Sequence record: OL770073.2
Source: Escherichia phage vB_EcoM-RPN226
DNA: 64,000 nucleotides
Strand: one strand, 5' to 3'
Position numbers and translations under genes: made by a program. Of this stretch, positions 36,086-46,230 are shown piece by piece. The stretch's first letter is position 1. Each line of letters starts with the position of its first letter. The notes below the pieces were generated by a model, which saw only the letters and a program-made list of their open reading frames with translations, was not told the origin of the DNA and searched no databases.

Positions 36086-38263
36086 ATGATTATCACCACT
36101 GAAAAAGAAACAATTCTTGGTAATGGTTCTAAATCAAAAGCATTTAGCATCACAGCGTCTCCTAAAGTATTTAAAATTCTGTCATCTGATTTGTATACAA
36201 ACAAGATTCGCGCAGTGGTTCGTGAATTGATTACCAACATGATTGATGCCCATGCTCTTAATGGAAATCCTGAAAAATTTATCATTCAAGTTCCAGGACG
36301 ATTAGATCCGCGATTTGTTTGCCGAGATTTTGGTCCAGGTATGAGCGATTTTGATATTCAGGGTGATGATAATTCTCCTGGGTTATATAATTCATACTTT
36401 AGTTCATCTAAGGCTGAGTCTAACGATTTCATTGGTGGATTTGGTTTAGGTTCTAAATCTCCGTTTAGTTATACTGATACATTTAGTATTACTTCATATC
36501 ATAAAGGTGAAATTCGTGGTTATGTAGCTTACATGGATGGTGATGGTCCACAGATTAAACCTACATTCGTAAAAGAAATGGGTCCAAACGATAAAACTGG
36601 TATTGAAATCGTAGTTCCAGTTGAAGAAAAAGACTTTAGAAACTTTGCTTATGAAGTTTCTTATATCATGCGACCATTCAAAGATTTGGCTATCATTAAT
36701 GGTCTTGACCGCGAAATTGATTATTTTCCGGATTTTGATAACTACTACGGCGTAAATCCAGAAAGATACTGGCCAGATCGTGGTGGATTGTACGCTATCT
36801 ATGGTGGTATTGTTTATCCTATTGACGGTGTTATTAGAGACCGTAACTGGTTAAGCATTCGCAATGAAGTGAATTATATTAAGTTTCCAATGGGTTCACT
36901 TGATATTGCTCCATCACGCGAAGCCCTTTCACTAGATGATCGTACTCGTAAAAATATTATTGAGCGTGTTAAAGAGCTTAGTGAGAAGGCATTCAATGAA
37001 GATGTAAAACGATTTAAAGAATCTACATCTCCTCGTCATACATACCGTGAATTGATGAAGATGGGATATTCTGCTCGAGATTATATGATTAGCAATTCAG
37101 TCAAATTTACGACTAAAAATCTGTCATATAAAAAGATGCAGAGCATGTTTGAACCTGACAGTAAGTTATGCAATGCAGGGGTTGTGTATGAAGTAAATCT
37201 TGACCCTCGACTGAAACGCATTAAACAAAGTCATGAAACTTCAGCCGTTGCGTCAAGCTATCGTCTGTTTGGTATTAATACAACAAAAATTAATATCGTT
37301 ATTGATAATATTAAAAATCGTGTTAATATTGTCCGTGGATTAGCACGTGCATTAGATGATAGTGAATTTAATAACACTCTGAATATTCATCATAACGAAC
37401 GTCTTCTGTTTATTAATCCGGAAGTAGAATCACAGATTGATTTACTTCCTGATATTATGGCAATGTTTGAAAGTGATGAAGTTAACATTCATTATTTGTC
37501 AGAAATCGAAGCTTTAGTTAAAAGTTATATTCCAAAGGTAGTAAAAAGTGCAGCTCCTCGTCCTAAAACTGCTACTGCATTTAAGTTTGAAATTAAAGAC
37601 GGACGCTGGGAAAAAGAGGAACTGTTTACACTCACATCAGAAGCAGATGAAATTACTGGTTATGTAGCATACATGCATCGTTTTGATATTTTCTCTATGG
37701 ATGGTACTACATCGCTTTGTAATCCGTCTACGAGTATTTTGACTCGTATGGCTAATCTTATTGGCATTAATGAATTTTATGTTATTCGTCCACTTTTACA
37801 GAAAAAGGTAAAAGAACTCGGTCAGTGCCAGTGTATTTTTGAAACTCTACGTGATTTATATGTAGATGCTTTTGATGCTGTAGATTATGATAAGTATGTA
37901 GGTTATTCAAGTTCAGCTAAACGATATATTGATAAAATTATTAAGTATCCTGAACTAGATTTTATGATGAAGTACTTTAGTACAGATAATGTTTCTGAAG
38001 AATATACTCGCCTTGGTAATATGGTCAGTTCATTGCAGGGTATATATTTCAACGGTGGAAAAGGTACCATCGGTCATGACATCTGGGCAGTAACTAATCT
38101 TTTTGAAACACTATCATATAATGCTTCAAAAAACAGTGATAAAATGGTTGCTGAGTTTACCAAGAAATTCCGTATTGTTTCCGACTTTATCGGTTATCGC
38201 AACTCTTTAAGTGATGATGAAGTTTCCCAAATCGCTAAAACTATGAAGGCCCTTGCGGCCTAA
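36086..38263 (+). CDS. rIIA: RIIA membrane-associated protein (lysis inhibition/Rex exclusion)
   Basis: 725 aa as in T4 rIIA; GHKL-like N-terminus. Confidence 0.9.
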   Translation: MIITTEKETILGNGSKSKAFSITASPKVFKILSSDLYTNKIRAVVRELITNMIDAHALNGNPEKFIIQVPGRLDPRFVCRDFGPGMSDFDIQGDDNSPGLYNSYFSSSKAESNDFIGGFGLGSKSPFSYTDTFSITSYHKGEIRGYVAYMDGDGPQIKPTFVKEMGPNDKTGIEIVVPVEEKDFRNFAYEVSYIMRPFKDLAIINGLDREIDYFPDFDNYYGVNPERYWPDRGGLYAIYGGIVYPIDGVIRDRNWLSIRNEVNYIKFPMGSLDIAPSREALSLDDRTRKNIIERVKELSEKAFNEDVKRFKESTSPRHTYRELMKMGYSARDYMISNSVKFTTKNLSYKKMQSMFEPDSKLCNAGVVYEVNLDPRLKRIKQSHETSAVASSYRLFGINTTKINIVIDNIKNRVNIVRGLARALDDSEFNNTLNIHHNERLLFINPEVESQIDLLPDIMAMFESDEVNIHYLSEIEALVKSYIPKVVKSAAPRPKTATAFKFEIKDGRWEKEELFTLTSEADEITGYVAYMHRFDIFSMDGTTSLCNPSTSILTRMANLIGINEFYVIRPLLQKKVKELGQCQCIFETLRDLYVDAFDAVDYDKYVGYSSSAKRYIDKIIKYPELDFMMKYFSTDNVSEEYTRLGNMVSSLQGIYFNGGKGTIGHDIWAVTNLFETLSYNASKNSDKMVAEFTKKFRIVSDFIGYRNSLSDDEVSQIAKTMKALAA

Positions 38264-38274
38264 TAAGGAAAATT

Positions 38275-39213
38275 ATGTACAATATTAAATGCCTGACCAA
38301 AAACGAACAAGCTGAAATTGTCAAACTGTATTCAAGCGGTAATTATACCCAACAGGAATTGGCTGATTGGCAAGGTGTATCGGTTGACACAATCCGTCGT
38401 GTTTTGAAAAATGCTGAAGAAGCTGAGCGTTCCAAAGTTACCATTAGCGGTGACATTACAGTTGAAGTTAAGAGTGATGTAGCTATTGCTCCAGTTGCTA
38501 AATCTGACATTATTTGGAATGCATCTAAAAAATTCATTTCAATTACTGTTGATGGCGTAACTTATAACGCAACTCCTAATACTCATTCAAACTTCCAGGA
38601 AATTCTTAATCTGCTTGTTGAAGATAAATTGGAAGAAGCAGCGCAAAAAATTAATGTTCGTCGCGCTGTTGAAAAATATATTTCCGGTGATGTTCGAATT
38701 GAAGGCGGAAGCTTGTTCTATCAAAATATTGAATTGCGGTCTGGTTTAGTTGATCGTATTCTCGATTCGATGGAAAAAGGTGAAAACTTTGAATTTTATT
38801 TTCCGTTCTTGGAAAATCTGTTGGAAAATCCAAGCCAAAAAGCAGTATCTCGACTCTTTGATTTCTTGGTAGCAAACGATATTGAAATTACAGAAGATGG
38901 TTACTTCTATGCTTGGAAAGTAGTTCGCAGCAATTACTTTGACTGTCATTCAAATACTTTTGATAACAGTCCTGGTAAAGTAGTTAAAATGCCACGTACT
39001 CGCGTGAATGACGATGATACACAAACTTGTTCTCGTGGTCTGCATGTGTGTTCTAAATCTTATATTCGTCACTTTGGCAGTTCAACCAGCCGAGTTGTAA
39101 AAGTTAAAGTACATCCTCGCGATGTAGTATCAATTCCGATCGATTACAACGATGCTAAAATGCGTACCTGCCAATACGAAGTAGTTGAAGACGTTACTGA
39201 ACAATTTAAATAA
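38275..39213 (+). CDS. rIIB: RIIB protein
   Basis: 312 aa as in T4 rIIB. Confidence 0.9.
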   Translation: MYNIKCLTKNEQAEIVKLYSSGNYTQQELADWQGVSVDTIRRVLKNAEEAERSKVTISGDITVEVKSDVAIAPVAKSDIIWNASKKFISITVDGVTYNATPNTHSNFQEILNLLVEDKLEEAAQKINVRRAVEKYISGDVRIEGGSLFYQNIELRSGLVDRILDSMEKGENFEFYFPFLENLLENPSQKAVSRLFDFLVANDIEITEDGYFYAWKVVRSNYFDCHSNTFDNSPGKVVKMPRTRVNDDDTQTCSRGLHVCSKSYIRHFGSSTSRVVKVKVHPRDVVSIPIDYNDAKMRTCQYEVVEDVTEQFK

Positions 39214-39230
39214 GGGCTTCGGCCCTTAAC
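39212..39230 (+). terminator. AAGGGC-UUCG-GCCCUU hairpin (no U tract)
   Basis: directly after rIIB; may be RNA-stabilising stem-loop and not a terminator. Confidence 0.4.
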
Positions 39231-39241
39231 TAAGGAAAATT

Positions 39242-39436
39242 ATGTTAGGTTATCAAGCACGAGTAAAAGAAGAATACGATCAATTAATGCTCAAAATTAA
39301 TGCACTGAGCAAATTTTTAGAAAGCGCAAAGTTTCTAACAGTTAGTGCAGTTGAGCAAGAACTGTTACTTTCACAGTTCATCTCAATGAAATCTTATGCT
39401 GAATGTCTAGAGAAAAGAATTGCACAATTCAAATAA
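39242..39436 (+). CDS. hypothetical protein
   Basis: 64-aa ORF flanked on both sides by the same GGGCUUCGGCCC hairpin. Confidence 0.4.
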   Translation: MLGYQARVKEEYDQLMLKINALSKFLESAKFLTVSAVEQELLLSQFISMKSYAECLEKRIAQFK

Positions 39437-39439
39437 AAT

Positions 39440-39462
39440 AAGGGCTTCGGCCCTTTTGTTTT
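39440..39462 (+). terminator. AGGGC-UUCG-GCCCU hairpin with U-rich tail
   Basis: after ORF 39242..39436. Confidence 0.55.
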
Positions 39463-39521
39463 AAGAGAAATTATGATTTATTATATGAATATCAGTGATT
39501 CCGGCATAAAGGAAAGTTTAA

Positions 39522-40079
39522 ATGCAGAAAACGAATCCGGGTTTACAGAGACTATTTCAGATTCCGACATTTACCCTATCGAACAGTGACTTGACTAGTG
39601 AAATGAAGGTCAAAATTGCTGATACAGCAAGATACTCTTTAAAACAAAATCCAAATCAGGATAAGGCAGAAGTTATCGAAAGATGCCGTATCGCTGTGTA
39701 CGCAGAATTTTTTGTGGCAGATTGGCTAAGCGGATATGTCAATAAAGGCCAAGAAGATGTCGATGATCCGTACACATATGCATGGGATGTACTGGCGCAT
39801 CCAAAATACTGCGGGCTTCGTGTAGAAGTCAAAACACATCAAACTGACTCACGTTGGATTTCGGTAACAACCGGATGCAGCGGAGAGTATCCATACGGTT
39901 CTGGAATAAATCTAGGGCCCATTCTAAATCATCAAGTCGCTGACTGTATAATTATATTCAACACTAAAGAAATTCATCCAGGTGTCATCCAGTACACTCC
40001 GAAATTCATCGGTGATAGAGAAGACCTTCGTAAGGTTGTAAGAAAAAGCAACTACAATGGATGGTATCTTTCCATTTAA
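39522..40079 (+). CDS. denB: endonuclease IV DenB
   Basis: 185 aa as in T4 DenB. Confidence 0.8.
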   Translation: MQKTNPGLQRLFQIPTFTLSNSDLTSEMKVKIADTARYSLKQNPNQDKAEVIERCRIAVYAEFFVADWLSGYVNKGQEDVDDPYTYAWDVLAHPKYCGLRVEVKTHQTDSRWISVTTGCSGEYPYGSGINLGPILNHQVADCIIIFNTKEIHPGVIQYTPKFIGDREDLRKVVRKSNYNGWYLSI

Positions 40080-40095
40080 AAATTTTCACAAAACG

Positions 40096-40126
40096 GTTTA
40101 CATACCACAAGGACTGTGGTAATATA
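40096..40126 (+). promoter_or_regulatory. T4-type early promoter (cassette copy B)
   Basis: GTTTAC ... TAATAT; downstream leader almost identical to copy A. Confidence 0.55.
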
Positions 40127-40159
40127 CAACTATCAACTGATACGGATTTGGAGAATAAA

Positions 40160-40366
40160 ATGTTTACTACAGCTGAATTAAAACGAGCAAAAGCTAAGAA
40201 AGGGCAAGGAAAATATAAAGCTGAATTAGTTAAAGAACTTCAGTTTGCTGAGGCTGAATTGAATTCAATGATTATTCAAAATGCTCCAGAAACTGAAATT
40301 GCTCTTAAGCGTATTGCGAATAAGTGTCTTCGTGATGCAATCGTCGATCTTTTAGCGGATTATTGA
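40160..40366 (+). CDS. hypothetical protein
   Basis: 68 aa from ATG after GGAGAAT; track start 40061 is read-through of promoter. Confidence 0.4.
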   Translation: MFTTAELKRAKAKKGQGKYKAELVKELQFAEAELNSMIIQNAPETEIALKRIANKCLRDAIVDLLADY

Positions 40367-40583
40367 GTAAAATGAAAATCGTTGAGATTGAACTATGAGT
40401 TCATTATGGTGGTGTTTTGTTTGGTTAATTAGTATTCCAGTAATTTGTTTAACATTTACTTTTGTAATGAGGTTATTATGAAAATTTTGAATTCTGTACT
40501 TATTGCTTGTGCGTGGTGGGTTGCACAAGTTTCAGCGGTAGTAGTTGGTATTCACATTTATTACGAATATTTTTAAAAAAGTT

Positions 40584-40614
40584 GTTTACAAGACTGTTCC
40601 TCTATGGTACTATA
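40584..40614 (+). promoter_or_regulatory. T4-type early promoter (cassette copy C)
   Basis: GTTTAC ... TACTAT. Confidence 0.55.
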
Positions 40615-40641
40615 CAACTATCAACTACGGAGGAACAGAAA

Positions 40642-40755
40642 ATGAAAAAGATTATTAAAGCTATATGGAATGTAGTTATAATACTAATAGTTTTGAGTAT
40701 ATTCCCAATCGTTTTAATGATTGATGTATTAAACGTTTACTTTGGATTTATGTGA
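40642..40755 (+). CDS. small hydrophobic protein (37 aa)
   Basis: MKKIIKAIWNVVIILIVLSIFPIVLMIDVLNVYFGFM. Confidence 0.3.
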   Translation: MKKIIKAIWNVVIILIVLSIFPIVLMIDVLNVYFGFM

Positions 40756-40762
40756 GGAAAAT

Positions 40763-40960
40763 ATGAAGCGTAAACGCAGTGCTTTTACATTTATTGAATG
40801 GTTTTTCGATAATATTTTTCCGGCTTTATTCATTTTCATGCTGATTTTTGCCTTAGGTTCAGTTGTAGTTGGAATCTATTTGATGGCGGTAGTCGGAATG
40901 GATATTCATCAAAATGGTTTAAAATCCGTAGTTGAAACAATTTGGAATGGTGTAAAATGA
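40763..40960 (+). CDS. small membrane protein (65 aa)
   Basis: MKRKRSAF... with hydrophobic core FPALFIFMLIFALGSVVVGIYLMAVVG. Confidence 0.35.
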   Translation: MKRKRSAFTFIEWFFDNIFPALFIFMLIFALGSVVVGIYLMAVVGMDIHQNGLKSVVETIWNGVK

Positions 40961-41075
40961 TGAATTTACTAAACATTTGGTTTTATATTCTTATGTTTTA
41001 CATTGGTGCAAATTTCCCATATTGGATGGGATGGTCAACAACTGCGTTTGGATTTTATACTCCTTGAGGTGAATT

Positions 41076-41291
41076 ATGAAAATCTTTAAAGATGTAAAAG
41101 TTGGTGAAATTTTTTGCTTAGATAATGGTGATCAGTTAATTCGTATTTCGCCTCTTAAAAGCACTAGCGAGAAAATGACAGTTAACGCTACTTTAGCAAA
41201 TAACAACAATGAACGTTTCTGTATTGAAAATGATACTGAAACTTATACTGTAGAAGAGTTTTGGGAATTGAGCGTCGACTGCGACGATTAA
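41076..41291 (+). CDS. hypothetical protein
   Basis: 71-aa ORF. Confidence 0.4.
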   Translation: MKIFKDVKVGEIFCLDNGDQLIRISPLKSTSEKMTVNATLANNNNERFCIENDTETYTVEEFWELSVDCDD

Positions 41292-41351
41292 TTTAATGGC
41301 CGCATGGATACATGCGGTCTTGGAGCAGAAAATAATTTAGAGGAAATTAAT

Positions 41352-41795
41352 ATGAAATACATGACTGTTACTGATCTGAATAATGCAGGCGCTACTGTTA
41401 TTGGTACAATTAAGGGTGGTGAATGGTTTTTAGGAACTCCGCATAAAGATATTTTATCTAAACCTGGATTTTACTTTTTAGTAAGTGAATTCGATGGTTC
41501 ATGCGTATCTGCACGATTTTATGTAGGTAATCAGCGTTCTAAGCAAGGATTCAGCGCAGTTCTAAGTCATATTCGTCAACGCCGGTCTCAGCTTGCGCGT
41601 ACTATTGCAAATAACAATATGGTATACACAGTATTTTATCTGCCTGCTTCTAAGATGAAACCTCTGACGACAGGATTTGGAAAAGGTCAGTTAGCTTTGG
41701 CGTTTACTCGTAACCATCATTCTGAGTATCAAACGCTTGAAGAAATGAATCGTATGTTGGCTGATAACTTTAAATTTGTTTTGCAGGCATACTAA
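41352..41795 (+). CDS. ndd: nucleoid disruption protein Ndd (tentative)
   Basis: 147 aa from [18 protein letters not shown]; matches my recollection of T4 Ndd N-terminus and its position between denB and 52. Confidence 0.5.
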
Positions 41796-41875
41796 TGAGT
41801 AATTTCCACAACGAACACGTGATGCAGTTCTATCGTAACAATCTTAAAACCAAAGGCGTCTTCGGACGCCAGTGA
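41795..41875 (+). CDS. stp: Stp peptide (26 aa; suppressor of three-prime phosphatase, PrrC activator)
   Basis: hand-translated [26 protein letters not shown]; ATG overlaps ndd stop. Confidence 0.65.
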
Positions 41876-41882
41876 GGAAAAT

Positions 41883-42035
41883 ATGAAATTTGTTTATGGC
41901 ATAGCCTTTTTCTGTTGGTCCTTTTTATGCATCGGAACAGTAATAACTGGAGAAACTTCAGTATTTTTACAAGCAACAGCTCAAGGCGTATTAGCGGTTT
42001 TATCATTGTTTTGGCTATTAGATAAAAATGATTAA
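41883..42035 (+). CDS. small membrane protein (50 aa; Ac-like by position)
   Basis: MKFVYGIAFFCWSFLCIGTVITGETSVFLQATAQGVLAVLSLFWLLDKND. Confidence 0.3.
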   Translation: MKFVYGIAFFCWSFLCIGTVITGETSVFLQATAQGVLAVLSLFWLLDKND

Positions 42036-42168
42036 GAAAATCTTGGGCTATTCATTAGCCCTTGCTGCTTTATTGGTAGCACTATATTACGGAATAATGT
42101 TCGGATTAATTCAAGTCGTGCTTTTCATTTCTGATGTTATTATGGCACTACATTCACTAGTATGGTAA
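42028..42168 (+). CDS. small membrane protein (46 aa)
   Basis: MIKKILGYSLALAALLVALYYGIMFGLIQVVLFISDVIMALHSLVW. Confidence 0.3.
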   Translation: MIKKILGYSLALAALLVALYYGIMFGLIQVVLFISDVIMALHSLVW

Positions 42169-42172
42169 ATTT

Positions 42173-43501
42173 ATGCAACTGAATAATCGCGATTTAAAAA
42201 GTATCATTGATAATGAAGCATTGGCTTATGCTATGTACACGGTTGAAAATCGTGCTATCCCAAATATGATTGATGGATTTAAGCCAGTTCAACGATTTGT
42301 TATTGCTCGAGCTCTTGATTTGGCGCGAGGAAATAAAGATAAGTTTCACAAACTTGCTTCTATTGCAGGTGGTGTAGCTGACCTTGGATATCATCATGGT
42401 GAAAACTCTGCGCAAGACGCGGGGGCTTTGATGGCTAACACTTGGAATAATAACTTTCCTTTGTTAGATGGTCAAGGAAACTTTGGTTCTCGTACCGTTC
42501 AAAAAGCAGCAGCAAGTCGTTATATTTTTGCTCGTGTAAGTAAAAATTTCTATAGTGTATATAAAGATACTGAATATGCTCCGGTACATCAAGATAAAGA
42601 ACACATTCCTCCTGCTTTCTATTTGCCTATTATTCCTACCGTTCTTCTTAATGGTGTTTCCGGTATTGCAACTGGTTATGCAACTTACATTCTTCCTCAT
42701 AGTGTTTCTTCTGTCAAGAAAGCTGTACTACAAGCTCTTCAAGGAAAGAAAGTAACTAAACCGAAGGTAGAATTCCCAGAATTTCGTGGTGAAGTCGTTG
42801 AAATTGACGGTCAATATGAAATTCGTGGAACGTACAAGTTTACTTCACGAACTCAAATGAATATCACTGAGATTCCGTATAAGTATGATCGTGAAACTTA
42901 TGTGAGTAAAATCTTAGACCCGCTTGAAGATAAAGGCTTCATTACATGGGATGATGCTTGTGGTGAGCATGGTTTTGGCTTCAAAGTTAAATTCCGTAAA
43001 GAATATTCTTTAAGCGATAACGAAGAAGAACGCCATGCAAAAATTATGAAAGACTTTGGATTGATTGAGCGTCGTTCTCAGAATATTACAGTCATCAATG
43101 AGAAAGGAAAACTGCAAGTTTACGATAACGTAGTTGATTTAATTAAAGACTTCGTTGAAGTTCGTAAAACTTATGTCCAAAAACGAATTGATAACAAAAT
43201 CAAAGAAACTGAATCAGCTTTTCGTTTAGCCTTTGCCAAGGCACATTTCATTAAGAAAGTAATTTCAGGTGAAATCGTTGTACAGGGTAAAACTCGTAAA
43301 GAACTGACCGAAGAACTTTCTAAAATTGAGATGTATTCTTCTTATGTTGATAAACTAGTTGGAATGAATATTTTTCATATGACTTCCGATGAAGCGAAGA
43401 AACTCGCTGAAGAAGCTAAAGCCAAAAAAGAAGAAAACGAATATTGGAAAACTACTGATGTAGTTACCGAATACACCAAAGATTTAGAGGAAATCAAATG
43501 A
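42173..43501 (+). CDS. 52: DNA topoisomerase II medium subunit gp52 (GyrA-like cleavage/religation)
   Basis: 442 aa as in T4 gp52. Confidence 0.9.
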   Translation: MQLNNRDLKSIIDNEALAYAMYTVENRAIPNMIDGFKPVQRFVIARALDLARGNKDKFHKLASIAGGVADLGYHHGENSAQDAGALMANTWNNNFPLLDGQGNFGSRTVQKAAASRYIFARVSKNFYSVYKDTEYAPVHQDKEHIPPAFYLPIIPTVLLNGVSGIATGYATYILPHSVSSVKKAVLQALQGKKVTKPKVEFPEFRGEVVEIDGQYEIRGTYKFTSRTQMNITEIPYKYDRETYVSKILDPLEDKGFITWDDACGEHGFGFKVKFRKEYSLSDNEEERHAKIMKDFGLIERRSQNITVINEKGKLQVYDNVVDLIKDFVEVRKTYVQKRIDNKIKETESAFRLAFAKAHFIKKVISGEIVVQGKTRKELTEELSKIEMYSSYVDKLVGMNIFHMTSDEAKKLAEEAKAKKEENEYWKTTDVVTEYTKDLEEIK

Positions 43502-43647
43502 GTCCATTCATTGGTATTACAAGCGCTGCATTAGTATCTGGCAGCATTTTACTGGCGGGTTTAGGTGTTGTTCCAGCCGTAGCAGGAGGTCTTCTTGCGT
43601 TCGGAATTCAACGTGTTATCATGACAGTTATCACAGTCATGCAGTAA
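43498..43647 (+). CDS. small membrane protein (49 aa)
   Basis: MSPFIGITSAALVSGSILLAGLGVVPAVAGGLLAFGIQRVIMTVITVMQ; ATG overlaps gp52 stop. Confidence 0.3.
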   Translation: MSPFIGITSAALVSGSILLAGLGVVPAVAGGLLAFGIQRVIMTVITVMQ

Positions 43648-43651
43648 TTTT

Positions 43652-43680
43652 AGGGAGAGCCTCGGCTCTCCCTTTTTTTA
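43652..43680 (+). terminator. GGGAGAGC-CUCG-GCUCUCCC hairpin with U7
   Basis: after gene 52 cluster. Confidence 0.7.
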
Positions 43681-43704
43681 TTTCAAAAATTTTTTCACAA
43701 AACG

Positions 43705-43735
43705 GTTTACAACCAAAGCATACTGTGGTACTATA
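43705..43735 (+). promoter_or_regulatory. T4-type early promoter (cassette copy D) for motA
   Basis: GTTTAC ... TACTAT, leader GGTACTATACAACTATCAA. Confidence 0.6.
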
Positions 43736-43775
43736 CAACTATCAAATACTGATACAGAATTACGGAGATTAGAAA

Positions 43776-44411
43776 ATGTCTAAAGTAACTTACATCATCA
43801 AAGCTTCTAACGATGTTCTGAATGAAAAAACTGCTGCGATTTTAATTACTATTGCTAAGAAAGATTTCATTACAGCTGCAGAAGTTCGTGAGGTGCATCC
43901 AGATTTAGGTAACGCAGTAGTTAATAGTAATATTGGGGTATTGATTAAAAAAGGCCTGGTGGAGAAATCTGGTGATGGATTAATCATTACTGGTGAAGCT
44001 CAGGATATTATTTCAAATGCAGCAACTTTATACGCACAAGAAAATGCTCCGGAACTGCTGAAAAAACGAGCAACTCGTAAAGCTCGTGAGATTACTTCTG
44101 ATATGGAAGAAGATAAAGACTTCATGTTAAAACTTTTAGATGAAAATGGATTTGTTCTTAAAAAGGTTGAAACTTATCGTAGTAACTATCTTGCTATTTT
44201 AGAAAAACGCACTCACGGAATTCGTAATTTTGAAATTAATAACAATGGAAATATGCGAATTTTTGGATACAAAATGATGGAACATCATATTCAGAAATTT
44301 ACTGACATCGGTATGTCATGCAAAATCGCTAAAAATGGTAATGTGTATCTTGACATTAAACGCTCGGCAGAAAACATTGAAGCAGTAATCACCGTAGCAT
44401 CTGAACTGTGA
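43776..44411 (+). CDS. motA: middle-promoter transcription activator MotA
   Basis: 211 aa as in T4 MotA. Confidence 0.85.
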   Translation: MSKVTYIIKASNDVLNEKTAAILITIAKKDFITAAEVREVHPDLGNAVVNSNIGVLIKKGLVEKSGDGLIITGEAQDIISNAATLYAQENAPELLKKRATRKAREITSDMEEDKDFMLKLLDENGFVLKKVETYRSNYLAILEKRTHGIRNFEINNNGNMRIFGYKMMEHHIQKFTDIGMSCKIAKNGNVYLDIKRSAENIEAVITVASEL

Positions 44412-44421
44412 GGAATAAATA

Positions 44422-44751
44422 ATGAACAAGTTAGAAATTGTTAATGAACTTCGCCGTTGTGCAGAACCCACTCAAGAGGGGTGGGATATCTGGTACCATG
44501 GGGCTTATCTTGGAACTATTGTAAAGATTAAGACTGGCAAATACATGATTATTCGTGAAAGTAAAGATGCTCCAGTAGGTATTCGCAATAATTTCATGGC
44601 AGCGATAAGTTCCTTTACGGATTCAGCTTACGAAATTTACCTTGCTGATTATAAAGAATTCCAGGAATCTCAACCAGTTATTCGCTCAATTGGTGTTAAC
44701 AAAGCTCAACAGAAAACTTTGTGGCAGCGTATTAAAGGATGGTTTAAATGA
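44422..44751 (+). CDS. hypothetical protein
   Basis: 109-aa ORF. Confidence 0.4.
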   Translation: MNKLEIVNELRRCAEPTQEGWDIWYHGAYLGTIVKIKTGKYMIIRESKDAPVGIRNNFMAAISSFTDSAYEIYLADYKEFQESQPVIRSIGVNKAQQKTLWQRIKGWFK

Positions 44752-45209
44752 ATCCATTTATTAATCGCTTAAAAATGCTGAATGTTCCTTTATCTCGTGA
44801 AACTCCAGAAAGTCTTGTTGAAAAATTTAAAGCACATGGTTATAAATGCACAGAAGAAGATATTCTTGCAGAAGTTCCTGAAATCTGTTGGCAGACCGCA
44901 TACTGGGATGAAAACCAAAAGTATCAACGACGAATTGTTTGCGCAGCCAACCGTTTTAAATTAAAAGATGGACGAACTCTTGTTATTCCGGGTGCTCGTC
45001 ATTATTCTAAAGATATGGCAGCAGTTTTAGATGTAGTTAAACCCCAATTAGTTACTCAGCAAGTTTGTGATGATGACCAAGGGTTTATTGACCAATATAG
45101 TAATTATTGGACACGTGAAGAAGCAATGATTATTGCAACTTACGCTGGACAAGTACGTATTGAACGTGGTGGTAGTGAAAAAGAACTTTACTCTGAGGAC
45201 CTTTACTAA
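44748..45209 (+). CDS. hypothetical protein
   Basis: 153-aa ORF. Confidence 0.4.
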   Translation: MNPFINRLKMLNVPLSRETPESLVEKFKAHGYKCTEEDILAEVPEICWQTAYWDENQKYQRRIVCAANRFKLKDGRTLVIPGARHYSKDMAAVLDVVKPQLVTQQVCDDDQGFIDQYSNYWTREEAMIIATYAGQVRIERGGSEKELYSEDLY

Positions 45210-45505
45210 TGAATATTAAAAAGTTTCAAATTGATGGAATTATGAATCAAATCCAGGCATTGGAATATGCCAATAAAATGATGTCAACTAATTGGGGAAT
45301 TTATGCCAATGAACCGGGATTTAAGTTCTGTAATATGGAATTCACTAAAAAGCTCGTAGGAAAAGATTATGTATGTCCATTTAGTTCTCCAGTAAATGGA
45401 ATGTTAAAACCTGCTTTACGCGATCTTTATATTGCGATGAACGAAGAAATGATAAAAGAACTAAAACGTCAACTGAAGGTGATTCAATTTGGCCAGGGAA
45501 ATTAA
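45209..45505 (+). CDS. hypothetical protein
   Basis: 98-aa ORF. Confidence 0.4.
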   Translation: MNIKKFQIDGIMNQIQALEYANKMMSTNWGIYANEPGFKFCNMEFTKKLVGKDYVCPFSSPVNGMLKPALRDLYIAMNEEMIKELKRQLKVIQFGQGN

Positions 45506-45707
45506 TTCAAAATCCGATTATTTTAATTCTCTCAATGATAAAGATAAAAATCTAATACGGCATTTTATCGTTGAGATGGGATATACTGATACACGTGATT
45601 TAAGAGAACATATATTTGAATGCGGTGTAGCTAAAAAGTTTTCATTCACATGCAAATGTTTAAGAGAGGTAATTCAGCACTATGAACAATTTAGTCGCAA
45701 AACATAA
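45489..45707 (+). CDS. hypothetical protein
   Basis: 72-aa ORF. Confidence 0.35.
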   Translation: MAREINSKSDYFNSLNDKDKNLIRHFIVEMGYTDTRDLREHIFECGVAKKFSFTCKCLREVIQHYEQFSRKT

Positions 45708-45790
45708 TTTTAATAAAGCTTCTGTCCATAAAGATAAGAAGAAAGCGTTTAAAGAATCTAATCGCAAACAGAAACATAAGGGGAAGGTCT

Positions 45791-46069
45791 ATGATTATTG
45801 ATTCTCAATCTGTGGTTCAATATACAATCAAAATTGATATTCTAGAAAAGCTATATAAGATTCTACCAAATTTATACCACTCAATTGTTAATGAATTAGT
45901 TGAAGAACTACATCTCGAGAATAATGATTTCTTGGTTGGAACTTATAAAGACCTCTCAAAAGCAGGATATTTTTACGTAATTCCAGCTCCAGGAAAAAGT
46001 ATTGATGATGTATTAAAAACTATAATGATTTATGTCCATGATTACGAAATTGAAGATTATTTTGAATGA
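45791..46069 (+). CDS. arn: anti-restriction nuclease Arn (tentative)
   Basis: 92 aa, acidic; position immediately upstream of asiA region as in T4. Confidence 0.5.
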   Translation: MIIDSQSVVQYTIKIDILEKLYKILPNLYHSIVNELVEELHLENNDFLVGTYKDLSKAGYFYVIPAPGKSIDDVLKTIMIYVHDYEIEDYFE

Positions 46070-46218
46070 GTCATAATCTTGAAAAGGTAATCGAGCATAA
46101 TGTAGCTCAGGAACGTGAGTCGTTCAAGGAATTCGTAGAAAAAATTTTTGAAGAAAATAACACAGACCAGTTTACAAATCAAACGTCTGATGATATTATA
46201 ATAAAGTCAACTAATTGA
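46066..46218 (+). CDS. hypothetical small protein (50 aa)
   Basis: hand-translated MSHNLEKVIEHNVAQERESF... Confidence 0.3.
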   Translation: MSHNLEKVIEHNVAQERESFKEFVEKIFEENNTDQFTNQTSDDIIIKSTN

Positions 46219-46230
46219 GTGGTATAGTTA

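Noticed and set aside
41854-41869. Terminator-like hairpin GGCGUC-UUCG-GACGCC
   Set aside because: Lies inside the stp coding sequence just before its stop and is followed by the RBS of the next ORF, not a U tract; more likely an RNA structure than a terminator.
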